64,000 nt of DNA from Candidatus Sungiibacteriota bacterium (lineage in GTDB: Bacteria; Patescibacteriota; Minisyncoccia; Sungbacterales; JACQCQ01). The DNA is taken from contig JACQCQ010000009.1 of NCBI GenBank assembly GCA_016201505.1, positions 65,991 to 129,990 on the forward strand. The letters run 5' to 3'. Both the position numbers and the translations under genes were made by a program. The notes beneath the pieces are model-generated. The model was given only the letters and a program-made list of their open reading frames with translations, searched no databases and had not been told where the DNA came from. Each line of letters starts with the position of its first letter. The stretch's first letter is position 1. Positions 20,231-30,002 of the stretch are shown in pieces.

Positions 20231-20330
20231 ATTTATCCCCACACCAGAAAGCCCTGTCCGTAAAGACGTGGACGAAGGGTTAAAAAACGCGAAGTAGAAG
20301 CCAAGAAAGCCGCGGGTGTAGGGGGGTTTA
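20231..20330. repeat. ~100-bp dispersed element (copy 1; copy 2 at ~34226-34335)
   Basis: Shared CCCCACACCAGAAAG...GTAAAGACG...AAAAAACGCGAAGTAGA.GCCA.GAAAGCC. Confidence 0.7.
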
Positions 20331-20338
20331 CTTTTTGT

Positions 20339-20824
20339 CTAGTGATGCGTCATTGAATCACTGCTGGTGCCGGTCATGTTTGGGCTGTGCATCATACTGT
20401 CGTTATGCATGGTTGAATTTGATTTTGCCGTCCAATCGCGTAGATACTCTGCATTGATCATCGGGCTATCTCCCGAGACGCCGCCTGAAACGCCAACATA
20501 ATCGCCAACCGCGATTCCTGACAAACCATTTGAAGGGACAATCGTCGTATTGGCGGCCATAGTCACTGTCCAAATGCCGCCCCATGATGCGACAGAAATT
20601 GAGCTCGTCGCGACTGATGTCACTACTCCTCGCAGAAGTCCGTGGCCGCTATTCGAGACAGTGAGAACCATGGGTCTTGGCGGGTGCATCATCATCACCG
20701 AGCTCGGCATCATGCTGCCGTGCAGCGAGTCGTCCATCATCTTATTGTCAGCCAGAGCAACGCCGATGAGAGCAAAGAGTGATGCTGTCGTTATTAGACC
20801 GGCTATCGTGATGTTATTTTTCAT
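20339..20824 (-). CDS. Exported Met/His-rich protein with an OB-like (DUF5666-like) domain
   Basis: Signal peptide ending VALA, Met-rich flanks, GVVTSV and I.VGDYV.V.G. Confidence 0.65.
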   Translation of the reverse strand: MKNNITIAGLITTASLFALIGVALADNKMMDDSLHGSMMPSSVMMMHPPRPMVLTVSNSGHGLLRGVVTSVATSSISVASWGGIWTVTMAANTTIVPSNGLSGIAVGDYVGVSGGVSGDSPMINAEYLRDWTAKSNSTMHNDSMMHSPNMTGTSSDSMTHH

Positions 20825-20934
20825 AGCAAAAATTTTTATTAATTAATAATGTACATAATGCCTTAGACGATTTTCACTATACCAAGACCCAATCTTATGT
20901 AAAGCTGACTTGACATATAATCTGTGGATAGCCA

Positions 20935-22086
20935 TTACCCAAAAGTCAATGTATATGCCTGTAATCCGGGGCTGTTTACCATAATCTCTAAGGTATGTTG
21001 GCCATAATCCGAGCCGGAAATGAGTTTATATAATCGGTTGGCTTGTATTACGACAGTCCCGTCGGGCGAAACATCAGAACCTCTATCTCGGCTGACGACT
21101 TCGCCGTCTTCCATAACCGTAATCTTCACCGGCTCGCTTGCACTCGCGACGAAATAGACATTTTTTGCGCTGTATCGGAAAACCATCTTTGCGTTTGATG
21201 ATTGACTCTTGGCATATTGATCCTTGAAATCCCAACTGCCATCAAGGTACAGCATGTTTGGCTGAATGGGAGACGGCAGCAAAAGCTGTTGAACGCCAGT
21301 TACGCCTTGCGCTCCATTACCAAGGTACTCGTTTCTTGCAGATCCAAAATAAGTCTCGGGACTTTGAACTTTGGCGGAATCAAGTTGGATTACATCCGCC
21401 GGGTTCGTTATATCGTTTGAGACATTGTCTTCGGTGCCCAGTACCTGCTCGCGTTCTTTCAGCGCCGCCTGAATAGCGCGCTCCGTTTCGTCATAGCCGC
21501 CTTCACCGATGTGGTCATGGACGATATAACCGTCGATGTCGATCAGGTACTCATGTGGCCAGTACTGATTTTCATATGTCTGCCAGGTGGCGTAGTTGTT
21601 GTCTTGGACAACCGGGTAGGTAATGCCGAGATCTCGGGTGCCTTTTACGACGTTGTCGTAGACTTTTTCAAAATCGAATTCTGGAGTATGTACGCCAACA
21701 ATAACCAGACCCCGATCTTTGTATTTTGCGTACCAAGCATTGAGATATGGAGTGGTGCGCTGACAGTTAATACAGCTGTATGTCCAGAAATCAAGCAGTA
21801 TCACCTTTTTGCCGATAAAATCTTTGAGTCTAAATGGGCCGCCGTTGATGAACCCGCCGCCTGGCGTTATCTCGCGAGCCGGCCCGTATTTTTTTGCTTT
21901 TTCTGCCCTGCGCAGGGACGCATCAGCTACGGCGGATGCTGATCCCGGGAGATTGCTGGCGAGAATTTCTCCCCGCGTGTTGCTCGCGGGCTTTATCTTG
22001 CCTGTTTCGAAATACCAGATAGTCCCGATGATCAGAACAAGTGCAATACCGAGCACGACATTTTTGGTTAGCATAGGTGTGTTCAC
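20935..22086 (-). CDS. Membrane-anchored thioredoxin-like protein (DipZ C-terminal-like)
   Basis: LDFWTYSCINCQR, GVHTPEF.FE, YWP..YLID, SPETYFG, C-terminal YTLTFG. Confidence 0.9.
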   Translation of the reverse strand: MNTPMLTKNVVLGIALVLIIGTIWYFETGKIKPASNTRGEILASNLPGSASAVADASLRRAEKAKKYGPAREITPGGGFINGGPFRLKDFIGKKVILLDFWTYSCINCQRTTPYLNAWYAKYKDRGLVIVGVHTPEFDFEKVYDNVVKGTRDLGITYPVVQDNNYATWQTYENQYWPHEYLIDIDGYIVHDHIGEGGYDETERAIQAALKEREQVLGTEDNVSNDITNPADVIQLDSAKVQSPETYFGSARNEYLGNGAQGVTGVQQLLLPSPIQPNMLYLDGSWDFKDQYAKSQSSNAKMVFRYSAKNVYFVASASEPVKITVMEDGEVVSRDRGSDVSPDGTVVIQANRLYKLISGSDYGQHTLEIMVNSPGLQAYTLTFG

Positions 22087-22850
22087 TTCTTTTGAATGCC
22101 TGTCTCTGCCAAGTACGACAAAAAGCCGGGTATGATGGGGAGCACGCAGGGAGAGAGAAATGATGCGAGTCCGGCGAAAAGCGCTATAGCAAAATTCGTA
22201 GCGGAAAGCGAGGTGATGCCGCTTCCGGCGCTTGTGCCCGCATGGATTGATAGCAAGACGTTCGTCAATGCTTGGAAGTTTGCAATTTTACTTAATTCAC
22301 CGACAAATATGAGTATTCCGATAATAACCAGCAATAGACCGAAAATATATTCCACGTAGCGGAGCCAAGGCCCCGCTTTATTAATGAATTCTTGTGCCTG
22401 GTTTGTGAATAGACCGACAACGAGGAACGGGATGCCGACCCCAAGTGTATAGGCAAATAGCAGTAGAAAAGCACTTCCCGCATTAGCCGCCGCCAGTACC
22501 AATATGGCGCCTAGAGCCGCCGAGACGCAGGGGGTCCAGCCAACTGCAAACGCCGCGCCGAAAACAAACGAGGTCAGATATTTTGATCCAAACTCACCTC
22601 GAATGGCTATTTTGTGGTCGCGCTTCAGAAATTCTGGAGTAAAAAGTCCGAGTACAAAAAGGCCAAAGAGGATGATGATAATCCCGCCGATTCTCCCGAG
22701 CCAGGCTTGCACCGCATATGAGGAGTGGGCGAGAACGGTCTGCAAAAGCACTCCCACCAGAGAAAAGACGATTGAGAAACCAAGAACAAAAAATAGGCTA
22801 CTTAAAAATACACTCCAATCTCGGGACTGGTGCGGGCGGGTTACATCCAT
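22083..22850 (-). CDS. ccdA: CcdA/DsbD-type transmembrane reductant, circularly permuted
   Basis: F.LGFS.VF and GWTPC present; the usual N-terminal AGLASFLSPCVLP segment lies at the C-terminus. Confidence 0.88.
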   Translation of the reverse strand: MDVTRPHQSRDWSVFLSSLFFVLGFSIVFSLVGVLLQTVLAHSSYAVQAWLGRIGGIIIILFGLFVLGLFTPEFLKRDHKIAIRGEFGSKYLTSFVFGAAFAVGWTPCVSAALGAILVLAAANAGSAFLLLFAYTLGVGIPFLVVGLFTNQAQEFINKAGPWLRYVEYIFGLLLVIIGILIFVGELSKIANFQALTNVLLSIHAGTSAGSGITSLSATNFAIALFAGLASFLSPCVLPIIPGFLSYLAETGIQKK

Positions 22851-22915
22851 GCATTAATAGTAGCCCCCATTTCGTAAACGTCAAGTTAGCTTTACATTTA
22901 TTTTTGTTGAAAAAC

Positions 22916-23281
22916 TTACCAATTGCGGTCGCTGTAGAATCGAGTACCTATTTTAGCCAGAACCATGGTGACGAGAACCACAACCAGCCAGATATCAAGC
23001 ACATCTTGATAACTCTGGTAGATGATAGCGATGATGAGTAACGCGGCACCTGCGAGAAACGCCGCCCGCCCGGCAAACATGCGGTGTAGACTGTCTCTTT
23101 CATCTCGTGACTGCTCACGCAGCATGAACGTTGCAAACAAGCCGAAGGTGACCACCATCCCAGCCAGTAATGCCATGTGCGCCATGTTCGGCATCCAAAA
23201 ATGATAGGGATTCGCGATCAATATCAATACCGTAATAAGAACTCCCGCTACGGTTGCTTGTTTAAGATCGTTTTTTGTCAT
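22916..23281 (-). CDS. Small 4-TM membrane protein (DUF2178-like, DER motif)
   Basis: Four hydrophobic segments, RDER motif, coupled to the XRE regulator. Confidence 0.7.
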   Translation of the reverse strand: MTKNDLKQATVAGVLITVLILIANPYHFWMPNMAHMALLAGMVVTFGLFATFMLREQSRDERDSLHRMFAGRAAFLAGAALLIIAIIYQSYQDVLDIWLVVVLVTMVLAKIGTRFYSDRNW

Positions 23282-23483
23282 ATGCAATTTTGAAAATCTT
23301 CTCCACGGAAGTCTTGAAAAATTGTGCAATCTTTATGGCCAGAAGAACTGACGGGGTGTAGTTGCCCCCCTCTATGGCGATTACGGTTTGCCGACTTACT
23401 CCGACCGCACGGGCTAACTCTTCTTGGGTGATGCCCTTCTGTAGCCGCAGATTCTGCACCTCATTGGCAATATGCTGGCTCAT
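23262..23483 (-). CDS. XRE-family HTH transcriptional regulator
   Basis: TQEELA..VGVSRQT..AIE.G.Y.PS..LA.KIA. Confidence 0.93.
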   Translation of the reverse strand: MSQHIANEVQNLRLQKGITQEELARAVGVSRQTVIAIEGGNYTPSVLLAIKIAQFFKTSVEKIFKIAYDKKRS

Positions 23484-23739
23484 GAATTGGTATCTAGAGT
23501 ATATAATACCTAGTCTCCAAAATGTCAAAGATACTTTACAAGATAATTTTTATTTATCAGCGAATTATTGCCTGAACGAATACTGTATCCATCGGTAGAG
23601 ACGATTCTTTTTTGAACCTATTGGAATCCCAACCAAACTACTTTAAACCAGATTCGAAAAGTTTACCACAAATAGCAGTCTCTAACCGACGGCCCACACA
23701 TTTGACACAAGTTAATCTTAAGATAAACTTAATCTGTCT

Positions 23740-23991
23740 ATGGCAACGATCATTGGATTGAAACAGCTTCGGGAGAATGTGGAGAAATACGTCTTGGAGG
23801 TACATAAGGGAAAATCGTTTACGGTGGTTAAAAAATCAAAGCCTGTGTTTCGCATTGTGCCTCCCGATGAAGATAACGAGATGTGGGAAACGGTCGTGGA
23901 CTTTACTGAATTTAACAAAAAGGGGGTTCCGGCACGAGAACTTTTAAGGCGGCTTCGCTCGTTAAATGCCAAATCTCGAAAGACTGCTTAG
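23740..23991 (+). CDS. Phd/YefM-family antitoxin
   Basis: IGLKQLREN, G.SFTVVKKSKPVF.IVP. Confidence 0.8.
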   Translation: MATIIGLKQLRENVEKYVLEVHKGKSFTVVKKSKPVFRIVPPDEDNEMWETVVDFTEFNKKGVPARELLRRLRSLNAKSRKTA

Positions 23992-24205
23992 AAGGTTTTC
24001 TCCCAAAGAAAGAAAAGAGCTCGAGCCGGTGGTAGAGAGAATTGTTAAGCGCGATCTGGCTGGTCTTGATTGTAAAAAGTTAAAAGGATTGATAAATCTT
24101 TTTCGGGTGAGAAGGCGTAAGATCCGCATCATTTTTGAGATATCCGGTAAAGAAGCGCTCATTTTGAGCATTGAGCGAAGACGTGCAGCTACATACAAGT
24201 TCTAA
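23966..24205 (+). CDS. RelE-like toxin
   Basis: KKLKG...LFRVR...IRIIF and R....TY; overlaps the antitoxin. Confidence 0.78.
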   Translation: MPNLERLLRRFSPKERKELEPVVERIVKRDLAGLDCKKLKGLINLFRVRRRKIRIIFEISGKEALILSIERRRAATYKF

Positions 24206-24282
24206 TCCTTTGACTTCGGGTGAGCGCGCACGGCGGGCCGGCCGATACACTGAAAACCAAGAGTAGATTAAACAATAAAAAC

Positions 24283-24900
24283 ATGAGTTTCGATATAGTA
24301 GCGAGCAAAGACACACAAGAGAACTTAGTCACAACGCTCAAAGGGCGAAATGTCGAGGTCATACTTGCAGAAAACGGCGCCGCGGCGTTAGACAAAATCA
24401 AGTCGCTGATTCCCCAAGGAGCCTCGGTGATGAACGGTTCTTCCGTTACGCTGGAAACGATCGGCTTTGTCGATTACCTAAAATCCGGCGCACACGGCTG
24501 GAATAATCTGCATGCGGCCATTCTCGCCGAAAAAGATCCGGCGAAACAATCGGCTTTGCGCAAACAGGCGGTGCTTTCGGATTATTATCTCGGCAGTGTG
24601 CACGCGATCGCCGAAACCGGCGAGATGATTATTGGATCGAATTCGGGAAGCCAATTGCCGCACGTTGTGTTTACTTCACCGAATATTATTTTTGTCGCCG
24701 GTGCGCAGAAGATCGTCCCTACATTTGACACAGCCATGCAGCGGCTGAAGGAGTATGTTATCCCGCTGGAAGATCGGCATATGCAGGAGAAATATGGTGT
24801 GGGGACGTACCCCTCAAAGATCGTCATCTTTAATCGCGAGAATCCGATGATGGGGCGCACAGTGTGGCTGATGCTTGTCAACGAAAAACTCGGGTTTTAG
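24283..24900 (+). CDS. LUD-domain (LutC/YkgG-like) protein
   Basis: GSSVTL..IG, DYYL.SVHAI.ETG, VAG.QKIVP...A, E.LGF. Confidence 0.8.
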   Translation: MSFDIVASKDTQENLVTTLKGRNVEVILAENGAAALDKIKSLIPQGASVMNGSSVTLETIGFVDYLKSGAHGWNNLHAAILAEKDPAKQSALRKQAVLSDYYLGSVHAIAETGEMIIGSNSGSQLPHVVFTSPNIIFVAGAQKIVPTFDTAMQRLKEYVIPLEDRHMQEKYGVGTYPSKIVIFNRENPMMGRTVWLMLVNEKLGF

Positions 24901-25051
24901 GCTGGAAAGGCTTCTTTTAGGTACACGCCTCAAGATAGTGCGCGGTCTTATACCGAAAGCTGTGAGGCGCGGAGAATAATAGGAACACAAAAAGAATCAG
25001 CCGGAGCATAATACAAAAGAGCGATATAAATGTTTTTCATAATTTAATCAT

Positions 25052-25423
25052 ATGGATACTACGCAAAAAATTAATTGGATTCTGCGGCTTGGTGTTGCCG
25101 GTGAATTCCTCGGCCATGGCTTACTGGCCATTAACGGAAAAAAGGATTGGATCGGCTGGATTTCGTCGCTCGCCCACGTCTCTCCGGAAAACGCCGCCAC
25201 GCTTCTCCTCCTCATCGGCGTTTCTGATGTGATTGTGGCTGGGATTATTTTAGTGCGCCCGGTGCGTCCGGTCCTGCTTTGGGCGGCGTTTTGGGGCTTC
25301 TGGACGGCTTTGGTGCGTCCGATTGTCGGTGTCGGCTGGCTTGATTTCATCGAGCGCTTTACCAATTTTGCCGCTCCCTTGGCGCTTTTCTACGTCACTA
25401 AATTGCCGGGATATAGAAGATAA
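25052..25423 (+). CDS. DoxX-like membrane protein
   Basis: LRLGVA..FLGHG and four TM segments. Confidence 0.7.
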   Translation: MDTTQKINWILRLGVAGEFLGHGLLAINGKKDWIGWISSLAHVSPENAATLLLLIGVSDVIVAGIILVRPVRPVLLWAAFWGFWTALVRPIVGVGWLDFIERFTNFAAPLALFYVTKLPGYRR

Positions 25424-25566
25424 ATTTTAAGTTAAGAGTTAGGCTAAAACATTTTGCCGCAATGATTTTGATTGCGGCTTTTTGATGCATCATGGTGATT
25501 TCCGCTAGGAGGCGCACTCATATCTCTAATTCGTGCGAATTAGAGATATGAAAAATGCCCAGCACC

Positions 25567-25857
25567 TTACGGTGGCATGGGCTTGGTTTTAGGAACAAAG
25601 AAATGGAAACAAAGGCCAAGGCCAGACCAGTGCCAGCTGTCTTCCCACGCGATGAGGGTGAAGGCCGGCGGCATTTTGGCCTCGATTAAGCGGCAGATGA
25701 TGGCATCGGCCCTGATCCAGCAGCCTTCGAATTTTTTCAGCTGGTTAAAGGCTCTTTGGATTTCATCGGGTTGGCTCGTCGGCCCCAAAACGCACACCCA
25801 CGCGACATCATCCAATGCTGGCTTCTCTTTCAATAGGAGGTAGTCCTCATTTTCCAT
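25567..25857 (-). CDS. Hypothetical protein
   Basis: CAGGAGG Shine-Dalgarno before the ATG; no recognised domain. Confidence 0.5.
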   Translation of the reverse strand: MENEDYLLLKEKPALDDVAWVCVLGPTSQPDEIQRAFNQLKKFEGCWIRADAIICRLIEAKMPPAFTLIAWEDSWHWSGLGLCFHFFVPKTKPMPP

Positions 25858-25959
25858 GGCATCCTCCTGGTAGCTATAACTTCGGCAACATTCGTTAGTT
25901 TCAGAATCCAAATAGCTTCCTGCCGGGGACTAAACCTGGCTATACTAAAGATAGATTCT

Positions 25960-26397
25960 ATGAATGAGTTGCCGCATAAAAAAACCTGGCACCGCACGCA
26001 CCGTGAATCGCTGACCCTGGCCCAGCGCATTTCAGACGGACTGGCGAACGGCATGGGTTCCTGGACGTTCATTATTGTCCAGACTATCATTGTGATCTGC
26101 TGGATGATTTTAAATCTGGTCGCTTATATGCAGCATTGGGATCCCTATCCGTTTATACTGCTCAATCTTTTATTTTCAACCCAGGCGGCCTATGCCGCGC
26201 CGATAATTATGATGTCGCAAAACCGGCAAAACGACCGCGATCGCCATCAGGCCGAAGCCGATTATGAGACGAATACAAAAGCCAAGCTTGAAATCGAAGA
26301 TTTACAGAAAAACTTGGCGCGCATCGAGCAAGTAAAACTCGACAGGATCATTGCTCTCTTAGAAAAAGACGAGAGAAATGAAGCTCCACGGGCGTAA
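25960..26397 (+). CDS. DUF1003-family membrane protein
   Basis: GSWTFI, WDPYPFILLNL.FS.QAAYAAPIIMMSQNRQ. Confidence 0.9.
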   Translation: MNELPHKKTWHRTHRESLTLAQRISDGLANGMGSWTFIIVQTIIVICWMILNLVAYMQHWDPYPFILLNLLFSTQAAYAAPIIMMSQNRQNDRDRHQAEADYETNTKAKLEIEDLQKNLARIEQVKLDRIIALLEKDERNEAPRA

Positions 26398-26553
26398 GCC
26401 CGTGGCATCTCGTATTTCGCCGCAGGCGGACTCATGCGAGATCTGCGGAATCCGCCAAAGCATCGGCTCTCAACTCACCATTAGGCTTTCAGTTACTCTT
26501 TTCGCATTCATTCACCGGCTTACGCAGGTGGTCTTTTGCGACGGCGGATAAGG
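26376..26553 (+). repeat. Structured dispersed repeat (IS200/IS605-end-like MITE); other copies at 49636-49735 and 56320-56402
   Basis: AAATGAAGCTCCACGG-hairpin-CCGTGG.ATCTCG...GCGAGATC.GCGGAATCCGCC. Confidence 0.65.
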
Positions 26554-26554
26554 T

Positions 26555-27388
26555 CTAATTCTTTTCATTACTGGACTCGCTGATGACGGGCCGGAGAATG
26601 CCGTATTGATCGATGGTGTAGCGGATGCTAAAGGGGTCGGGCGGGATAAATCGAATAATCTGTTTTTTGACGAGATCATCAAGCGAAACGGGAAATGAGC
26701 CCGTTTTTTGTTTGTATTGGGCCACGGCTTTATCGAGAATATCGAGAATCTGGAAGTGCTCGATATAGAGTTTCGCACGTTCGCGCAAAACTTCGTCATT
26801 CGAGGTCTCATAAATCGAGGTCCAAATTTGCTCGGTTTGGACCCGGATGTTCTTGGCGGCACCATAATTGGCGGCAATCGTTTTTACGGCTTCGGGCGCA
26901 CCAGGAACGCGCGAGGCAATGTCAAAGTACCGTGCGGCATCGGCGCGCTTGCCCAGGGTGTGATAATCCAGCGCGACATAATAGGGAATCCTCCAATCAG
27001 CGGGAGAGTTTAAGACACCGCGCTTTCCAATTTCAATTGCGATATTTGTTTTGGCCGGGTCAATGGCTGGGATGATAATGGCAGCAAAAGCGTAGGGATA
27101 GGAAAACTTTGGGTCAAGCTCGTTGATGGTATTGATGTTTGAAACAAAGATTTTTTCGTAATGCTTCCAGCGGATATCGGAGAATTCCTGGATGGTGTTG
27201 AGCCACAACAGATTGGCCGCCGCGTTATGCAGACCCAAATCGATGGCTCGTACGGTCCTTGGCGGTGGAACCAGAAAGGGCAAAGGGTCGGTTTTGCCGC
27301 GTAGGCGGTCCCATTGGTACTGGCTGGTGATGATTAAAGCCCAGAGGGCGAGCGGGATAAAAATTTTAATGGGGAGCGCAAAAGACAT
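26555..27388 (-). CDS. Membrane-anchored TPR-like protein (Myxococcus PilG-like)
   Basis: A.LLWL..IQ, .LDPKF...Y, P.DWRIPY, PPDPF; follows the ABC pair. Confidence 0.6.
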   Translation of the reverse strand: MSFALPIKIFIPLALWALIITSQYQWDRLRGKTDPLPFLVPPPRTVRAIDLGLHNAAANLLWLNTIQEFSDIRWKHYEKIFVSNINTINELDPKFSYPYAFAAIIIPAIDPAKTNIAIEIGKRGVLNSPADWRIPYYVALDYHTLGKRADAARYFDIASRVPGAPEAVKTIAANYGAAKNIRVQTEQIWTSIYETSNDEVLRERAKLYIEHFQILDILDKAVAQYKQKTGSFPVSLDDLVKKQIIRFIPPDPFSIRYTIDQYGILRPVISESSNEKN

Positions 27389-27396
27389 AAGGTCGT

Positions 27397-28158
27397 CTAT
27401 AACTCTCGTTCCTTAAAAATGGCAGTCGCAGCCAGCAGCAGCAGGATAATGTAGACGATGGCGTAGGCAAGTGAGAGAAACAGTTCTGGCCATGGAATGC
27501 GGATGCCGTAAATGACCGAATTGCGGATATTAAATTTTTCCAGATTGGGGAATAGGTAGTAGATAACCAGAACGATTTTTTGGACGATGACGGGTTTTGT
27601 TTTGACAGCACTCGTAAGCAGCGAAAGCGAATGGCCGATATAGAGAACCAGGATGGCATATAATGTGGAGGCAAGCGGCGCGGCAATCGTCGAGAAAAAA
27701 ATCGTGAGCGCGACAAAAAGACCCATCTCGGCGATTTGCAGGGCTATGGCTTCAAGCACTACGGCGTCTACACCGCCGCCTTTTGCGGCCACAACCGCCA
27801 GGTAAACGACCGCCATAAGAATGGTTGTAAGCGTAACACTTGAAACCAATCCCAAAAACTTTCCCCAGATGACATCCCGATGCCGCACCGGTTTTGAGAG
27901 AATAAAATAAAGCGTCCGCTTCTCGAATTCTTTATACATCAGCGAAGCGCCCAAAAAAATGGTTACCACCATGCCAAAGAAATATATGCCGGCCAGACCC
28001 AGATTGCGGATGACGGCGAGGTCCTCACCAAGCGAAATTGAACCCAGAAATACGGTAAACATTAAAAATACGACCGCAAAGGCCATGATGCCGTAGAGAA
28101 TCCGGTCGCGGATGGTTTCTTTTAGCGTGTTTTGGGCGATGACGAGAATATTTTTCAT
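27397..28158 (-). CDS. ABC transporter permease (PilI-like)
   Basis: IA.NT.KE.IRD, E.EKRTLY.ILSKP..R....GKFLG, F..REL. Confidence 0.85.
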   Translation of the reverse strand: MKNILVIAQNTLKETIRDRILYGIMAFAVVFLMFTVFLGSISLGEDLAVIRNLGLAGIYFFGMVVTIFLGASLMYKEFEKRTLYFILSKPVRHRDVIWGKFLGLVSSVTLTTILMAVVYLAVVAAKGGGVDAVVLEAIALQIAEMGLFVALTIFFSTIAAPLASTLYAILVLYIGHSLSLLTSAVKTKPVIVQKIVLVIYYLFPNLEKFNIRNSVIYGIRIPWPELFLSLAYAIVYIILLLLAATAIFKEREL

Positions 28159-28874
28159 GCTTTGGCAGGGCTGGCCGCTTTTACCGTTTCCACAAATCGT
28201 TCTTCCAGTGATTTTCCCTTGGTGAAGTGTCCGATTGGCCCCGAGTAGAGCAGGCGGCCTTGGTGGATGATGCCAATTTCATCGCACAGCTCCTCGGTGT
28301 CGAAAAGAATGTGCGAATTGAAGAAAATAGTTTTGCCGCGGGATTTTAGTGTTTTGATAATTTCTTTTAGCTCGCGCCGGCCGATCGGATCGAGCCCGTC
28401 GAGCGGCTCATCTAAAAAGATATAATCCGGATCATGAATGACGGCTTGGGCAAATCCCAGCCGCTGGCGCATGCCTTTGGAGTAAGTTCGAATGAGGCGG
28501 TTGGCGGCGTTTAAAATCCCGACCTCTGCCAGCGTTTTCGTATAGACAGCATCCGGTTTTCTATCTATTTCTGGGAATAAACTGTCGCAGAATTTTAAAA
28601 ATTCAAGACCGGTCAGGTATTCATAAAAATAGGGCGCTTCGGGCATAAACCCGATCATGGCGCGCATGGCCGGGTCTTGGGGAGTCCTGCCCTCGAGCCG
28701 GATGGTGCCCGCATCAGGACGCGAAAGGCCGACAATCATTTTGATGGTAGTCGTTTTTCCCGCCCCATTCGGGCCTAGAAAGCCAAAAACTGTTCCTTTT
28801 TTGATGGCGAGCGAGAGATCATCCACGACGTTTCGCCCCTCATAGGCTTTTTCTACTCGAGAGATTTCAAGCAT
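28155..28874 (-). CDS. ABC transporter ATP-binding protein (PilH-like)
   Basis: GPNGAGKTT, YSKGMRQR, LDEP. Confidence 0.93.
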   Translation of the reverse strand: MLEISRVEKAYEGRNVVDDLSLAIKKGTVFGFLGPNGAGKTTTIKMIVGLSRPDAGTIRLEGRTPQDPAMRAMIGFMPEAPYFYEYLTGLEFLKFCDSLFPEIDRKPDAVYTKTLAEVGILNAANRLIRTYSKGMRQRLGFAQAVIHDPDYIFLDEPLDGLDPIGRRELKEIIKTLKSRGKTIFFNSHILFDTEELCDEIGIIHQGRLLYSGPIGHFTKGKSLEERFVETVKAASPAKA

Positions 28875-28953
28875 AGAATAAATAAAATTATAACCGCATC
28901 AAGCCCATTGGGCAAGAAAAAGCGTCCCGCAGAATACGGCGGGACGCTTTTGT

Positions 28954-29193
28954 CTACTCGGGCAAAGGTCCCGGCCCGCCGGGATTTGCACAATCTCCTG
29001 ATGGCGGAAAGAGAAAATCGCCAATAGCCAGATGGGCGGGAAGCGCGTTTTTGTTTACGGTAATGACGACAAATGGATTCGTTCCCGAACCAGTTACATG
29101 ACAAAGAGTAACCTTATCTGCGCCATCTGCCATGGCCGCTGAGGCGGCCAGCACTCCAATCAGGACGGAAACTGATGTGATAATTTTTTTCAT
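28954..29193 (-). CDS. Small secreted Cys/His-containing protein
   Basis: Signal peptide ending AMA; KVTLCH..G...NP...I.V...A..AH...GD...C; followed by a hairpin at 28918-28951. Confidence 0.7.
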   Translation of the reverse strand: MKKIITSVSVLIGVLAASAAMADGADKVTLCHVTGSGTNPFVVITVNKNALPAHLAIGDFLFPPSGDCANPGGPGPLPE

Positions 29194-29288
29194 GGGTAAG
29201 ACGTTAAGATATTCTCCGACCTTTCTCATCCTCCATTGTAGTATTTTTTTGGACTGACTCCAGGCTAGGAAAGGGATAGAATGGAATT

Positions 29289-29795
29289 ATGGCGCAGCGC
29301 ACCAAACAGCAGAGCGAAATCTATCTGCGCAACTTTATTTTCGGCGTTGAAGACAGTCTCGTCTCAACCGTGGGGTTGCTCGCCGGGGTGGCGGAGGCGG
29401 GCAGTTCGCGCGGCGTGATTTTAGTTACGGGTATGGTCTATATAGTCGTCGAGGCCTTTTCGATGGCGGTCGGCAGTTTTTTATCCGAGCATTCGATCGA
29501 GGAGTATGAAGGCGATGCAAAATCGGTTTCGCGTTCGATTATCGGGGCTTCTACTATGTTTCTCTCTTTTGTCATCGCCGGGCTTATTCCGCTGTTTCCC
29601 TATCTCGTGCTTTCACTACAGACTGGATTTTTCCTTTCCATCATCGTCTCGCTTCTGGCGCTGCTTTTGCTCGGCATCCTGAATGCTCAATTTTCAAACA
29701 AATCCTGGATCTATAAATCAATTGAAATGGTCGTCATTGGCGGCGCGGCGATTGCGATTGGCCTAGTTGCGGGTAAACTTTTCCGTATTGCTTAA
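29289..29795 (+). CDS. VIT1/CCC1-family Fe/Mn transporter
   Basis: IFGVEDSLVST.GL.AG, AFSMAVG.FLSE, G.IPL.PY. Confidence 0.88.
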   Translation: MAQRTKQQSEIYLRNFIFGVEDSLVSTVGLLAGVAEAGSSRGVILVTGMVYIVVEAFSMAVGSFLSEHSIEEYEGDAKSVSRSIIGASTMFLSFVIAGLIPLFPYLVLSLQTGFFLSIIVSLLALLLLGILNAQFSNKSWIYKSIEMVVIGGAAIAIGLVAGKLFRIA

Positions 29796-29804
29796 ACAAC
29801 GGGT

Positions 29805-30002
29805 ATGGGGAAAATTTTGATCACCTTAATGCTCGCGGTCATCCTGGTTGCGGTCGTCGTCAATTTTGAGTATATTCATCCAAACGCGCTCGGCGATTTA
29901 AGAAATCAAGTTACCCAGTGCCATCTGCAGCAGTGTTTTTTGTTGGGCGGAATTATTTTCTTCCTGGTCTTTATTATTTTGTTTTCGATTATTTTCGATT
30001 AG
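29805..30002 (+). CDS. Small membrane protein
   Basis: Two hydrophobic segments, coupled to the VIT gene. Confidence 0.45.
   Translation: MGKILITLMLAVILVAVVVNFEYIHPNALGDLRNQVTQCHLQQCFLLGGIIFFLVFIILFSIIFD

Larger units (their letters stand above)
19707..23671. mobile_element. ~3.9-kb island bounded by a 29-bp direct repeat
   Basis: TTAAACCAGATTCGAAAAGTTTACCACAA at 19707-19735 and 23643-23671. Confidence 0.6.
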
